From assembly GCA_009927485.1 (NCBI GenBank), contig RFMW01000091.1, positions 12,319 to 76,318 of the forward strand: a stretch of 64,000 nucleotides of DNA, written 5' to 3'. The stretch's first letter is position 1; every line of letters starts with the position of its first letter. Source of the DNA: Sphingobacteriia bacterium. GTDB lineage: Bacteria; Bacteroidota; Bacteroidia; UBA7662. This document shows, in pieces, positions 28,716-38,078 of this stretch. A model generated the notes under the pieces. The model was given only the letters and a program-made list of their open reading frames with translations. It searched no databases and had not been told where the DNA came from. A program made the position numbers and the translations under genes.

Positions 28716-31459
28716 GGGTTTCGTTTTCTTTCAAATCCTAACGCGATAATACGCTCAATAAATTGATGGGGGGTATACCCTGCGAGTGCCGCCTGATGGT
28801 AAATGCAAGTGGCCGGTGTCATGCCCGGCAAGGAGTTGATCTCGATGATCACCACGCGAATATCTCCTACTTTGGGAATTCCTACAAAGGCGTCGATCCT
28901 GCAGTAGCCTTCCACACCGGCTACTTCCGCCGCTTTACGAAGCGTCTCCTGCACCCTACCCATGATCCTTTGTTGTACTGAAGGATCCAACGCGAAGCGA
29001 GCCGGGGTGATGTTGGTGCCTTGTCCTGCCAGAAACTTTTCTTCGAGGCTAAGGATTCCCTCGCCGGCAATGCTTTCGGAAGGCTCAAAGACTTCGTAAT
29101 CCCGATGACCTCCAGGTTTGGATGCAACCAACATGGCGCCGGTGATTTCCAAGAAATACTCGTTTTCCCGTCCCGATATAAACTCCTCGAGCAAGAATGC
29201 CTTCGAACGGTTAAACCCATCCGATCCGGGAACCTTCAGCAAGGTAGCCGCTTCTACGGGCCACTGATCGTCTTCGCGGAAAGTCAATTGCGCATAGGCA
29301 TCCAATTCTTCCCGGCAGGTCAACCGATAGACCGCGGTGGAACAGCCATCGTCTAGCGGTTTGGCAATCATGGGCCAAATTCCTTCTCCCACGAGCAAAG
29401 AATTGTTGATTCCCTTTTGCCAATCATCCGATGTTATTCGGCGCTGTTCGGCAACTTGCAGACCGGATGCACGAAGCGCTTGACCGGTTAAATACTTATC
29501 GATGGTGAGCGAACTGCTTTGGACCCCCGATCCGTTGTAGGGTAATCCGAGGGTGTCCAATCGTTCTTGCAAGGCCCCGTCTTCGCCAGGTCGACCGTGC
29601 AAAGCAATAAATACAAAATCAACTTGATTCGCCAAATCCTCCCATGCCACAGGTCTCGCGTACTCCAAGGCATTGGGGGCGAAGGTCTCCAGAATTTCCT
29701 TTAAATCGTTGCGGATTTGCCCTATCACCCTTGGCCTAGAAACCTCACGAATACCAGCCAAAATATCGTCTGCATTATCCTTCAGATGAAGATGCATGGG
29801 CAATTCATGGAGATCCCATTGCTGGGCGTTACCGCTCAGAAACAGGGATATGGGTTCGTAACCCTCGGTAGAAGAAATTTTTTCGTAGATATTCCGCCCT
29901 GACTCCACCGAAATATGCCTTTCTGAGGAGTATCCCCCCATGAGTACCCCGATTCGTTTGCGATTTCCCTGCCCTTGCATCGCCTGATGAAGAGATTCAC
30001 GAAGCTGTTCGGCGAGTTTACCGCAGCGTATCGAAGATGGATTCGCCTTGAGCCTTGCGTTAAGGGAGGCACTGATAATGTAGGTAAGAAAAGCGGAAGG
30101 GCTTAGGCCAATTTCCGCCGCCTGCTGAAAAAAGAAGGAGGAAGGCATCATCCCCGATGTAGTATTGGGATCGTTCAAATAGATCTGCCCAGCGGTGGTC
30201 ACAAAACCGTCAATGCGCGCATAGACCGAGAAATCAAAGGCTTTGAACAAATGCTCACAGGCCCTACGGATCAGGTGAATTTGTTCATCCGGCAAATCAA
30301 TCGGCGTTTTTTTGCGTGCAAGACCGGGAAGATATTTGGAACGGTAATCGTAAAATTCTTGGGAAGAGGTGATTTCTGTGGGCGGCAAGGCAGACACTGT
30401 TGCGTCTGATTTTTCCAAAACAATGCAGGAAAATTCTTTGCCAACAATGATTTCCTCAATCAAAACATCGGTTTCTGAATCCAAGGATTCCAAATCGCAA
30501 ACATCACCGGTGAATTCATGGAGAAACCAATATTCCCAAGCGGTGGGCGAAAACCAAACCGTCCCCGAGGTTCTGTCCCTCAGTGGGAATCCGATACCTG
30601 TACGAAAATCGGCCAAACGATCCAAGGCCGTTTCTCCAGCCTCCTGATATTCCGCCTTTCGGATCTTGGCCGTGAAAAAGGCTTTGTCGACAGCCTCTTC
30701 AAGGGCCAAGGCATCCACGTTTCGCAACATGGTCAGACCGATACTGCTCCCTTGGTTGGCCGCCTTGACCACGCAACCGTTCGGAAATTGTGATATGATC
30801 TTCCCAATCCACTGTTCCCTCGCGGATGCACTCTCCCCCACCCAATCTGCCCTGGATATGGCCAAAAATCTTGGAACATCCCAACCTGCAACCTGCATAT
30901 CGTGACGCTGTGCGACTTTGTTCATGGCCCATGCAGCCGCTCGAGGCCCACAGCCCGTGTAGGGTATTCCCCAAAAATCCAGCATCGATTGCACCCTACC
31001 GTCTTCACCGTTCTTTCCATGCAAGGCCATAAAGACCAAATCAACTCGATGGGATAAGTCCTCCCAGGCCAAAGGTTTCCCGATGGCCTTTCTCCAACTT
31101 TCTGCATGAAGGTGAGCCTCTTCGTGCTGTTCGGCATAGGGCATCCAGGCCCTGGATGACCCTTCCTTGGATGATTCAACGAGCTTGGATGATTCAACGA
31201 GCAAAGCCCTGGGCTGGTGGTGGATCGCAAGGCTGGATGGATAAAAGTCGCGAATACTACCTTTGTACAGGAAGGGCCAGTCCAATTCCACCAATTGCCC
31301 GAAGGAATCCACAAAAATTGGTACCGCTTCAAATATGCTTTTGTTCAGCAAGTCATAAACCGTCCGCCCTCCCGCAAAAGAAACTTCCCTTTCGCGGGAA
31401 TTTCCACCGAATAGAATCCCAACTTTAATTTTTGGAGACCGTGAAGAAACTTGATTCAA
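28712..31459 (-). CDS. ddl: tandem double D-alanine--D-alanine ligase-like ATP-grasp protein (915 aa)
   Basis: Two complete Ddl-like units in one ORF. Unit 1 motifs: KVGILFGGNSREREVSFAGG, HGKNGEDGRVQSMLDFWGIPYTG, VVKAANQGSSIG. Unit 2 motifs: KRIGVLMGGYSSERHISVESG, HGRPGEDGALQERLDTLGLPYNG, EINSLPGMTPATCIYHQAALAG. Confidence 0.8.
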   Translation of the reverse strand: MNQVSSRSPKIKVGILFGGNSREREVSFAGGRTVYDLLNKSIFEAVPIFVDSFGQLVELDWPFLYKGSIRDFYPSSLAIHHQPRALLVESSKLVESSKEGSSRAWMPYAEQHEEAHLHAESWRKAIGKPLAWEDLSHRVDLVFMALHGKNGEDGRVQSMLDFWGIPYTGCGPRAAAWAMNKVAQRHDMQVAGWDVPRFLAISRADWVGESASAREQWIGKIISQFPNGCVVKAANQGSSIGLTMLRNVDALALEEAVDKAFFTAKIRKAEYQEAGETALDRLADFRTGIGFPLRDRTSGTVWFSPTAWEYWFLHEFTGDVCDLESLDSETDVLIEEIIVGKEFSCIVLEKSDATVSALPPTEITSSQEFYDYRSKYLPGLARKKTPIDLPDEQIHLIRRACEHLFKAFDFSVYARIDGFVTTAGQIYLNDPNTTSGMMPSSFFFQQAAEIGLSPSAFLTYIISASLNARLKANPSSIRCGKLAEQLRESLHQAMQGQGNRKRIGVLMGGYSSERHISVESGRNIYEKISSTEGYEPISLFLSGNAQQWDLHELPMHLHLKDNADDILAGIREVSRPRVIGQIRNDLKEILETFAPNALEYARPVAWEDLANQVDFVFIALHGRPGEDGALQERLDTLGLPYNGSGVQSSSLTIDKYLTGQALRASGLQVAEQRRITSDDWQKGINNSLLVGEGIWPMIAKPLDDGCSTAVYRLTCREELDAYAQLTFREDDQWPVEAATLLKVPGSDGFNRSKAFLLEEFISGRENEYFLEITGAMLVASKPGGHRDYEVFEPSESIAGEGILSLEEKFLAGQGTNITPARFALDPSVQQRIMGRVQETLRKAAEVAGVEGYCRIDAFVGIPKVGDIRVVIIEINSLPGMTPATCIYHQAALAGYTPHQFIERIIALGFERKRNP

Positions 31460-31502
31460 GGCGATGGAAAAATTTCAGAGGATAGACAAATGAAATTCAG
31501 TG

Positions 31503-31853
31503 TTATGATCCGTGAAGGTATTCCTTCCTTTCCAGCAAGGTGGCCCTGGATTCCACGTGATCGGGGTCAGGTACACAGCAATCGACCGGGCATACTGCTG
31601 CACATTGAGGCTCTTCATGAAAACCCTCGCATTCGGTGCACTTGTCGGGTACGATAAAATAGACATCATCGCTCACAGGAGTCATGGGATCTTGGGCATG
31701 CACCAAGGACCCGTCTGCTCGCTGAACCAGCTCACGAAGTTGGGTACCCTCTGCATATTTCCACGAGATACCGCCCTCGTAGATGGCGTTGTTGGGACAT
31801 TCCGGTTCGCATGCACCGCAATTGATGCATTGGTCGGTAATCATGATGGCCAT
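31503..31853 (-). CDS. 4Fe-4S ferredoxin
   Basis: [12 protein letters not shown] and CTECEGF...CAAVCP cluster motifs. 116 aa. Confidence 0.85.
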   Translation of the reverse strand: MAIMITDQCINCGACEPECPNNAIYEGGISWKYAEGTQLRELVQRADGSLVHAQDPMTPVSDDVYFIVPDKCTECEGFHEEPQCAAVCPVDCCVPDPDHVESRATLLERKEYLHGS

Positions 31854-31896
31854 TCAATCCTATTTTGCGGGTCAAATTTACAACAAAGACCCTCCT

Positions 31897-32997
31897 ATGC
31901 CGTCAAACCCCAGCGCCGCGAGTCTCGTCCATCTGCTGCATCGGTGGGGTCAATGGATGGGTTCGACCTCCAATCGCGATGATTGGTCGGAATGGTCCTC
32001 GTCGGTGTCCGTACAAAACCCCTGGTTCGAGCCCGAAATGCTGAAGCAAGCCCTGAAGGCATGGTCCATGGCCTTGGAGCTCCGTTCACTGGAACGGTGG
32101 CTTGCCCAAGACGAGGATGCACTCCTCCTCCAAAGGTCGCCTCGAAATGTTGGGCTCATCCTCCCCGGCAATTTTCCTTTCGCAGGTTTGCATGATGTCC
32201 TCTGCACCTTGATCGCAGGACATACGGCCCTTGTCAAACCCTCGTCCGATGATGCAGGACTCGTATCCTGGGCGATTCAAGGGCTGCTGGCCTTGCAACC
32301 TGAATGGAAAAATCGCTTCGCGATTGTGGAAAAACTCAACCGCGTGGATGCCATGATCGCTACGGGTTCAGCTTCTTCCCTACCTTATTTTGAGCAGTAT
32401 TTTGGACAAATTCCACACCTGTTTCGATCCCACCGAAATTCCATCGCCATCCTGGATGGCAAGGAAAAGACAGAAGATTGGATCGGTTTGGGGCAGGATA
32501 TTTTTCTCTATTACGGCAAAGGTTGCCGAAACGTATCCAAGGTATTGGTCCCGGAGGGCATGTCACCGCAACAACTGTTGGACGGATTGCAACAGTACCC
32601 TTGGGAGGGCCGCAACCATCGTTATCGAAACAATTTAGACTATCAGCTGGCCTTGCATATGCTGAATCGAAAGCCATTCACCCACAACGGATCGGTTATC
32701 TTGGTGGAAAGCTCAAAGATCTCGTCTCCCCTTGCCGTATTGCACTTTGAATATTACCAATCGGAACAAGAATTGGCCCGCCTGATCCTGGAGGCAATGC
32801 CCGTAACGCAATGCTGGTCAGGCAATCAACTCGTTGTTCAGTGGGGACAACGGGCTTCCTTCAAGAATCAATTTGATGAAGCGCAATGGAACAACTGGTG
32901 TTACCATGCGGTCGAGTTTGGTCAATGCCAATTCCCTGAAATTGACCGGTATGCGGATGCTGTGGATACCTTGGCTTTTCTACGAAGCGTACAGTAG
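31897..32997 (+). CDS. acyl-CoA reductase (LuxC family)
   Basis: LuxC-like architecture with GxGC catalytic-Cys region (YYGKGCRNVSKV). Conserved next to ferredoxin in Bacteroidetes. Start chosen downstream of the ferredoxin start. The ORF extends back to 31783. Confidence 0.55.
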   Translation: MPSNPSAASLVHLLHRWGQWMGSTSNRDDWSEWSSSVSVQNPWFEPEMLKQALKAWSMALELRSLERWLAQDEDALLLQRSPRNVGLILPGNFPFAGLHDVLCTLIAGHTALVKPSSDDAGLVSWAIQGLLALQPEWKNRFAIVEKLNRVDAMIATGSASSLPYFEQYFGQIPHLFRSHRNSIAILDGKEKTEDWIGLGQDIFLYYGKGCRNVSKVLVPEGMSPQQLLDGLQQYPWEGRNHRYRNNLDYQLALHMLNRKPFTHNGSVILVESSKISSPLAVLHFEYYQSEQELARLILEAMPVTQCWSGNQLVVQWGQRASFKNQFDEAQWNNWCYHAVEFGQCQFPEIDRYADAVDTLAFLRSVQ

Positions 32998-34141
32998 AAT
33001 TTTACGCAAAACGTGAAGGGTACGATCGATTTCTTCTTCGGTGTTGTGAGAACCCAGCGAAAATCGGACCGCCGTACGATCGTTCGGCATGCCAATTCCG
33101 TTGAGCACATGGGATCTCGACTCCGCACCTGAGCTGCAAGCACTTCCCCCCGATGCACAAATCCCTTCGATATCCAAATGAAAGAGCAACATTTCTCCTT
33201 TGGGATGGGGCGGAAACGACACGCTTAACACCTGGTACATGGTGGGTCCGTCGATATTGCCGTTGAAGGTTACCCCCGGGGATAGCCTCCAGGATTCCCT
33301 GCTTGAGCCTATTCTTCAATCTCGCAATGCGTTCACGCCGTTGATCCATGCTCGATACCGACAATTCCAAGGCCAAACTCATGCCTGCGATTCCCGGTAA
33401 ATTTTCGGTACCACCACGCATATTTCTTTCTTGAGATCCGCCTGCCAACATAGCGCCCAACGATAGCCCACCGCGGATATAGATAAACCCTACCCCTTTG
33501 GGTCCATAAAATTTATGAGCAGATCCGCTGGCCATATCCAAACCCATCTCCGTGAAATTCAATGGATAATGGCCAACGGTTTGGACCATATCGGAATGAA
33601 AAAGTGCGTTATGATCTTTACAAAGGGCAGCGACCTTCTCGATTTCCAGCATATTACCGATTTCGTTGTTACCGTGCATCAGGGTGACCAAAGTTGGAAT
33701 ATTCAAATCCCTTGACTCCTTCAACCATCGCTGGAGTTGGTTCAAATCCAAAATGCCTTGGGCGTCGTTGGGCAACCAACAAATTTCGGTGCCATGTACT
33801 TTATGTAGCTGTTCCAAGACATGGGTAATGGCATGATGCTCCAACGATGAAGATATGATACGACGAATGCCTAAATTTTCGACCGCACAACGGCAAGCCA
33901 TGTTATCCGACTCGGTTCCACCAGAGGTAAAGAAAATCTCCGAAGGCGAACAGCCTAACGCTTGGGCCATGCTTTTGCGAGCCTTTTCGATGATGATGCG
34001 TGATTCTCTTCCCAGGAAATGTATGGAGGAGGGATTTCCGTAACATCGAACCAAGAGCTCGGACATGGCCGAAGCCACCTCCGGGTGTATCGGGGTGGTG
34101 GCAGAATTATCCAAATAAATGCGGGGGAGGTCGTTGGTCAT
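32980..34141 (-). pseudogene. cysteine desulfurase (NifS/IscS family) with +1 frameshift at about 33275
   Basis: N-terminal 290 aa (IYLDNSATTPIHPEV..., PLP Lys SAHKFYGPKGVG) in one frame. The true C-terminus (GSACSSG active-site Cys, FSLGSHNTEEEID) is in another frame (ORF 32980..33240). They join at a C5/G4 homopolymer at 33273-33281. Confidence 0.8.
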
Positions 34142-35513
34142 GAACCTAGGATTTGACGGGCTTGGGAGGCGAGTTCAGCGGCAGCGTGCGCATGATTAGC
34201 CTCGGAATAAATACGCAATATGGGTTCGGTATTGGATTTTCGGACATGCAACCAACCCTCCTCCAAATCAAGTTTGAGTCCATCGGACCAATTCTTTACC
34301 GCATTCGGAAAGGCATCGGCCAAACGTTGCAAGAGCAATTCAGGGTCTGCTTGAGGATCAAAGGTTACCTTTTCTTTGGCCATGGCGTAGGCCGGGTAGG
34401 TGGACCTCCATTGGCTCATGGTCAGACCTTGTTCCACATAATGCGTGAGAAACAAGGCAATCCCCACCAAAGCGTCCCTTCCATAATGCAGATCGGGTAG
34501 GATAATGCCTCCATTCCCTTCCCCGCCAATCACAGCACCGGATGCTCGCATCGCCTTGACGACATGCACCTCGCCAACAGGAGAGGCATGGTAAGGCTGT
34601 TCGTACCGAGCGCAAACATCGCTTAAGGCCCTGGACGAGCTCAAATTCGAAACCGCAGGTCCAGGTTTTTGACTCATGACATAGTCCGCCACGGCAACTA
34701 GGGTATATTCCTCCCCAAACAATTCCCCGTTCTCCATAACGAAGGCGAGCCGATCCACATCGGGGTCCACCACGATGCCCATGTGGGCTTGACGGGATAC
34801 CACCTCCGTGCAAATTTCATCCAAATGCTCCCGAAGCGGCTCCGGGTTATGCGCAAAACGACCGTTGGGCTCGTCATTCAATACCTCAATTCGATGGACC
34901 CCTAATTGGGTCAAAGGGCGGGAACCGCCACGGCCCCCGACGAATTGATTCCATCCACCACCACGTGCAATCCTGCGGCGGCAATGGCTTGTCGATTCAC
35001 CAAGGGTAATGCCAAAATGTCTTGAATATGAGCCTCCAACGCGGAATCATCCTGATGGTATTGCCCCAAATTGTGCACGGTGGCGTAAGGTATGGGTTCC
35101 CCTTTTTGGACCTTTTGGAGTAGAGCGGCACCCTGTTCGGAACCAATGAAGCAACCATGATGATCCAATAATTTCAAGGCATTCCACTCCTCAGGGTTAT
35201 GGGAGGCCGTCAAAACAATACCACCCGCAGCCCCCACTCGAGGCACCTGCATCTCGAGGGTTGGTGTGGTGGTCAACCCTAAATCAATCACGTCCAAACC
35301 GCAAGCCATCAAAGTACCGCAGACCAAGCGGCTCACCATATCACCCGAAATGCGAGCGTCTCGACCAACCACCACGGTGCGACCATGCCCCTGTTCCAGC
35401 AACAAGGCCGCATAGGCATTGACGAAGGATACCACATCATGAGGCGTCAAATTCGAACCGGGTTGACCCCCTATGGTGCCGCGAATTCCCGAAACAGATG
35501 CTATTAAAGTCAT
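34138..35513 (-). pseudogene. glmM: phosphoglucosamine mutase GlmM, split by a -1 frameshift at about 34915
   Basis: N-terminal part (MTLIASVSGIRGTIGG, active-site TASHNPEEWN) ends at TGA 34911. The rest (LTQLGVHRIEVLNDEPNGRFAHNPEP...DPDVDRL) continues in another frame from TTG 34914. Orthologue alignment gives ...VPALLTQLGV..., implying one missing A/T in a short A-run. Confidence 0.8.
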
Positions 35514-35572
35514 GGTTTGTATTGAATCGATTGCTTTGGTCTTGGAATTTTGGATTACCCATGAAAATTAAC

Positions 35573-36460
35573 TCACCAAAGGTAGGTTTTGCCGGTATAT
35601 CCCATCCAAAGGCCTTTGAAGGCACAAGATGCTGGACCTATAAGTTGAATTTGCTGCATGGAACCGGTCGAATCAACATGGGCACTTACGGTCATCGGTC
35701 CTCCACGGAATTGCAAATTTATTTCTGCTAAAGTGTCCATGAAATCGGCTAAATTTTGTTGCACATGCAATATGGCGCAGGCCACTGCCCCCGTTCCACA
35801 ACTCAGCGTCTCGGCTTCAACGCCACGTTCATAAGTCCTAATTTTCAGATGATTAAGGTCTATTACCTCCATGAAATTAACATTGGTACCCCCGGGTAAG
35901 AAAAGGGAATGCTCCCGAAGGGCCCTGCCCTCACGTTCCACAGGATAGTTCACCAAATCCCGAACCGGCACCACCAAATGCGGAGAACCCGTGTTGATAA
36001 AGGTCCCCAATTCCAAGACCCTCCTATCCTTCGGCGCTTGCATTCCCAAGGCAATCGAACCATCCTCCATCTGAACCACCTGATGCACACCATCGCTGGC
36101 GGTAAAGGTTCCGCTATTGCCCTCAAAATACCCTTTGCGAAAGGCATGAGCAGCGGCACATCGCGAACCGTTGCCGCACAAGGAGCCCTCTTTGCCATCC
36201 GCATTTAGGTAATGAAGATGAAAGGCCGCTTTGGAATCCACGCCTGGGTTAGCGGTAGCTGACGATTCAGCGGGCAATATTATCAAAATCCCATCCGCGC
36301 CTATTCCAAATCTTCGGTCGCAGCATAAGCGCATGGCGGTTTCATTTTGCCAAAACCGTGAATCAGTGGCTTGGCTCGCCCAGTTAGAGGATGGAGAGCG
36401 CAAATCCACCAACACAAAATCATTACCGCAGGCTTGGTATTTATAGAATTCAAATTGCAT
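35573..36460 (-). CDS. dapF: diaminopimelate epimerase
   Basis: FYKYQACGNDFVLVD N-terminal motif and second catalytic Cys region (ETLSCGTGAVA). 295 aa. Confidence 0.85.
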   Translation of the reverse strand: MQFEFYKYQACGNDFVLVDLRSPSSNWASQATDSRFWQNETAMRLCCDRRFGIGADGILIILPAESSATANPGVDSKAAFHLHYLNADGKEGSLCGNGSRCAAAHAFRKGYFEGNSGTFTASDGVHQVVQMEDGSIALGMQAPKDRRVLELGTFINTGSPHLVVPVRDLVNYPVEREGRALREHSLFLPGGTNVNFMEVIDLNHLKIRTYERGVEAETLSCGTGAVACAILHVQQNLADFMDTLAEINLQFRGGPMTVSAHVDSTGSMQQIQLIGPASCAFKGLWMGYTGKTYLW

Positions 36461-36596
36461 ATCGATTCAACCGTGATGTCTCCGCATTGGCAAACATACT
36501 AACGGAGCCAAGGGAACGTTCAATCAGCGATTCCCAGTTTTTGGCACGATTTTTGAACATTCATTGGGTAATTCGGTTAAATCAAAAACTCTTCCT

Positions 36597-38063
36597 ATGT
36601 CAAAATTTCGCCAATACGGAGCTACGGTGCTCATCGCATTTTTGGGAAGCCTGCTAGGGGCTTGGATCGTGTACGGTCTCCAAAAAAGACCTGCCTTGCA
36701 TCCAGCCAATTGGGGCTCTGCACCTGTCACTTTGACGGCCTTCCCGGAGCATATTGTGGAACACCCCAATTTTGTAACCACGGCGGCCATGGTGACTCCC
36801 TGTGTCGTGCATATCAAAACCAAGGGCAGTGCTCAAGGAGCTTTCAGAGGCGATATACCTCCGGGTATGGATATGTTTCGTGACTTTTTCAACGGACCGG
36901 ACATGATGCCGAGGGGACCTCAAATGGGCTCCGGTTCCGGTGTAATTCTCAGCGCAGATGGGTACATCGTCACCAACAACCATGTCATCAAAGAAGCGGA
37001 TGAAATCGAAGTCATCCTGAACGACAAACGGAGTTTCAACGGCAAGGTGATAGGTCAGGACCCAAGTTCCGACTTGGCCGTCGTCAAAATTGAAGCCAAC
37101 GATTTACCCTTTGTCAAAATAGGGAATTCCGATAAACTCCAGATCGGTGAATGGGTTTTGGCTGTTGGCAACCCATTTAATTTGAATTCCACAGTCACCG
37201 CAGGGATTGTTTCGGCCAAAGCCCGTAACATTAACATTTTGGGTGGAGGCACCAGCCTGGAGGCGTTCATCCAAACGGATGCCGCGGTCAATCCGGGAAA
37301 CAGCGGCGGTGCGTTGGTCAATGTCCAAGGGGAATTGGTCGGGATCAACACGGCCATCGCATCCAGCAACGGAGCTTACCAAGGGTATGCCTTTGCGATT
37401 CCTGCCAATTTGGTGACCAAAGTGGTGGAAGACCTCAAGGTCCACGGAACCGTGCAGCGTGGTTTCCTGGGCATCCAAATCAGGGATGTGGATGCAGCCT
37501 TGGTTGAAAGCGAAGGTCTCGAGGTCATCGCCGGAGCCTACGTGGCCGATTTCATGCCGAATTCGGCTGCCGAAGAAGCGGGTATCCTCAAAGGCGACGT
37601 GATCACCAAGGTCGAAGGGCAAAGCATCAAATCCACCCCTGAACTCATGGAAATCGTAGGCCGCAAAAGACCGGGGGAAAAAGTAGCTTTGGAAATCAAC
37701 CGCAAGGGGAAATCACAAATCTTTGAAGTCAAATTACGAAATGCAGACGGTAAAGCGGAATTGGTCAAAGCTGCTCCCAAAGAAGAGGAAAGCGATTGGC
37801 TGGGCGCCAAACTGGAGCGTGCCTCCCGCAAAGAACTCGAGAGCCTCAAACTGGAATCAGGAATCAAAATCAGCAAACTTGGAAGCGGTAAATTGAAAGA
37901 AAGCGGAATCCGAGAGGGTTTCATTATCACCAAGGTGGACAAAACTGAGGTCAACAGCCCCAAGGCCTTGCGAGAACTGGTACGCGGCAAAAAAGGCGGT
38001 CTGCTCATCGAAGGCCTGTACCCCAATGGTACCAAAGGCTTTTACGGGATCGAGATCCCGTAA
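36597..38063 (+). CDS. Do/DegP/HtrA-family serine endoprotease with two PDZ domains
   Basis: Catalytic triad context (TNNHVI...D...GNSGGALVN), trypsin-like domain, two C-terminal PDZ regions. Signal/TM at the N-terminus. Confidence 0.85.
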   Translation: MSKFRQYGATVLIAFLGSLLGAWIVYGLQKRPALHPANWGSAPVTLTAFPEHIVEHPNFVTTAAMVTPCVVHIKTKGSAQGAFRGDIPPGMDMFRDFFNGPDMMPRGPQMGSGSGVILSADGYIVTNNHVIKEADEIEVILNDKRSFNGKVIGQDPSSDLAVVKIEANDLPFVKIGNSDKLQIGEWVLAVGNPFNLNSTVTAGIVSAKARNINILGGGTSLEAFIQTDAAVNPGNSGGALVNVQGELVGINTAIASSNGAYQGYAFAIPANLVTKVVEDLKVHGTVQRGFLGIQIRDVDAALVESEGLEVIAGAYVADFMPNSAAEEAGILKGDVITKVEGQSIKSTPELMEIVGRKRPGEKVALEINRKGKSQIFEVKLRNADGKAELVKAAPKEEESDWLGAKLERASRKELESLKLESGIKISKLGSGKLKESGIREGFIITKVDKTEVNSPKALRELVRGKKGGLLIEGLYPNGTKGFYGIEIP

Positions 38064-38078
38064 TTTCTTTGGTAAGAA

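Noticed and set aside
34358-34813. 151-aa Arg/Cys/Gly-rich minus-strand ORF
   Set aside because: Alternative frame inside the glmM C-terminal segment. It sits on the 258-aa ORF 34138..34914, so it is not the frameshift partner, which is ORF 34911..35513.
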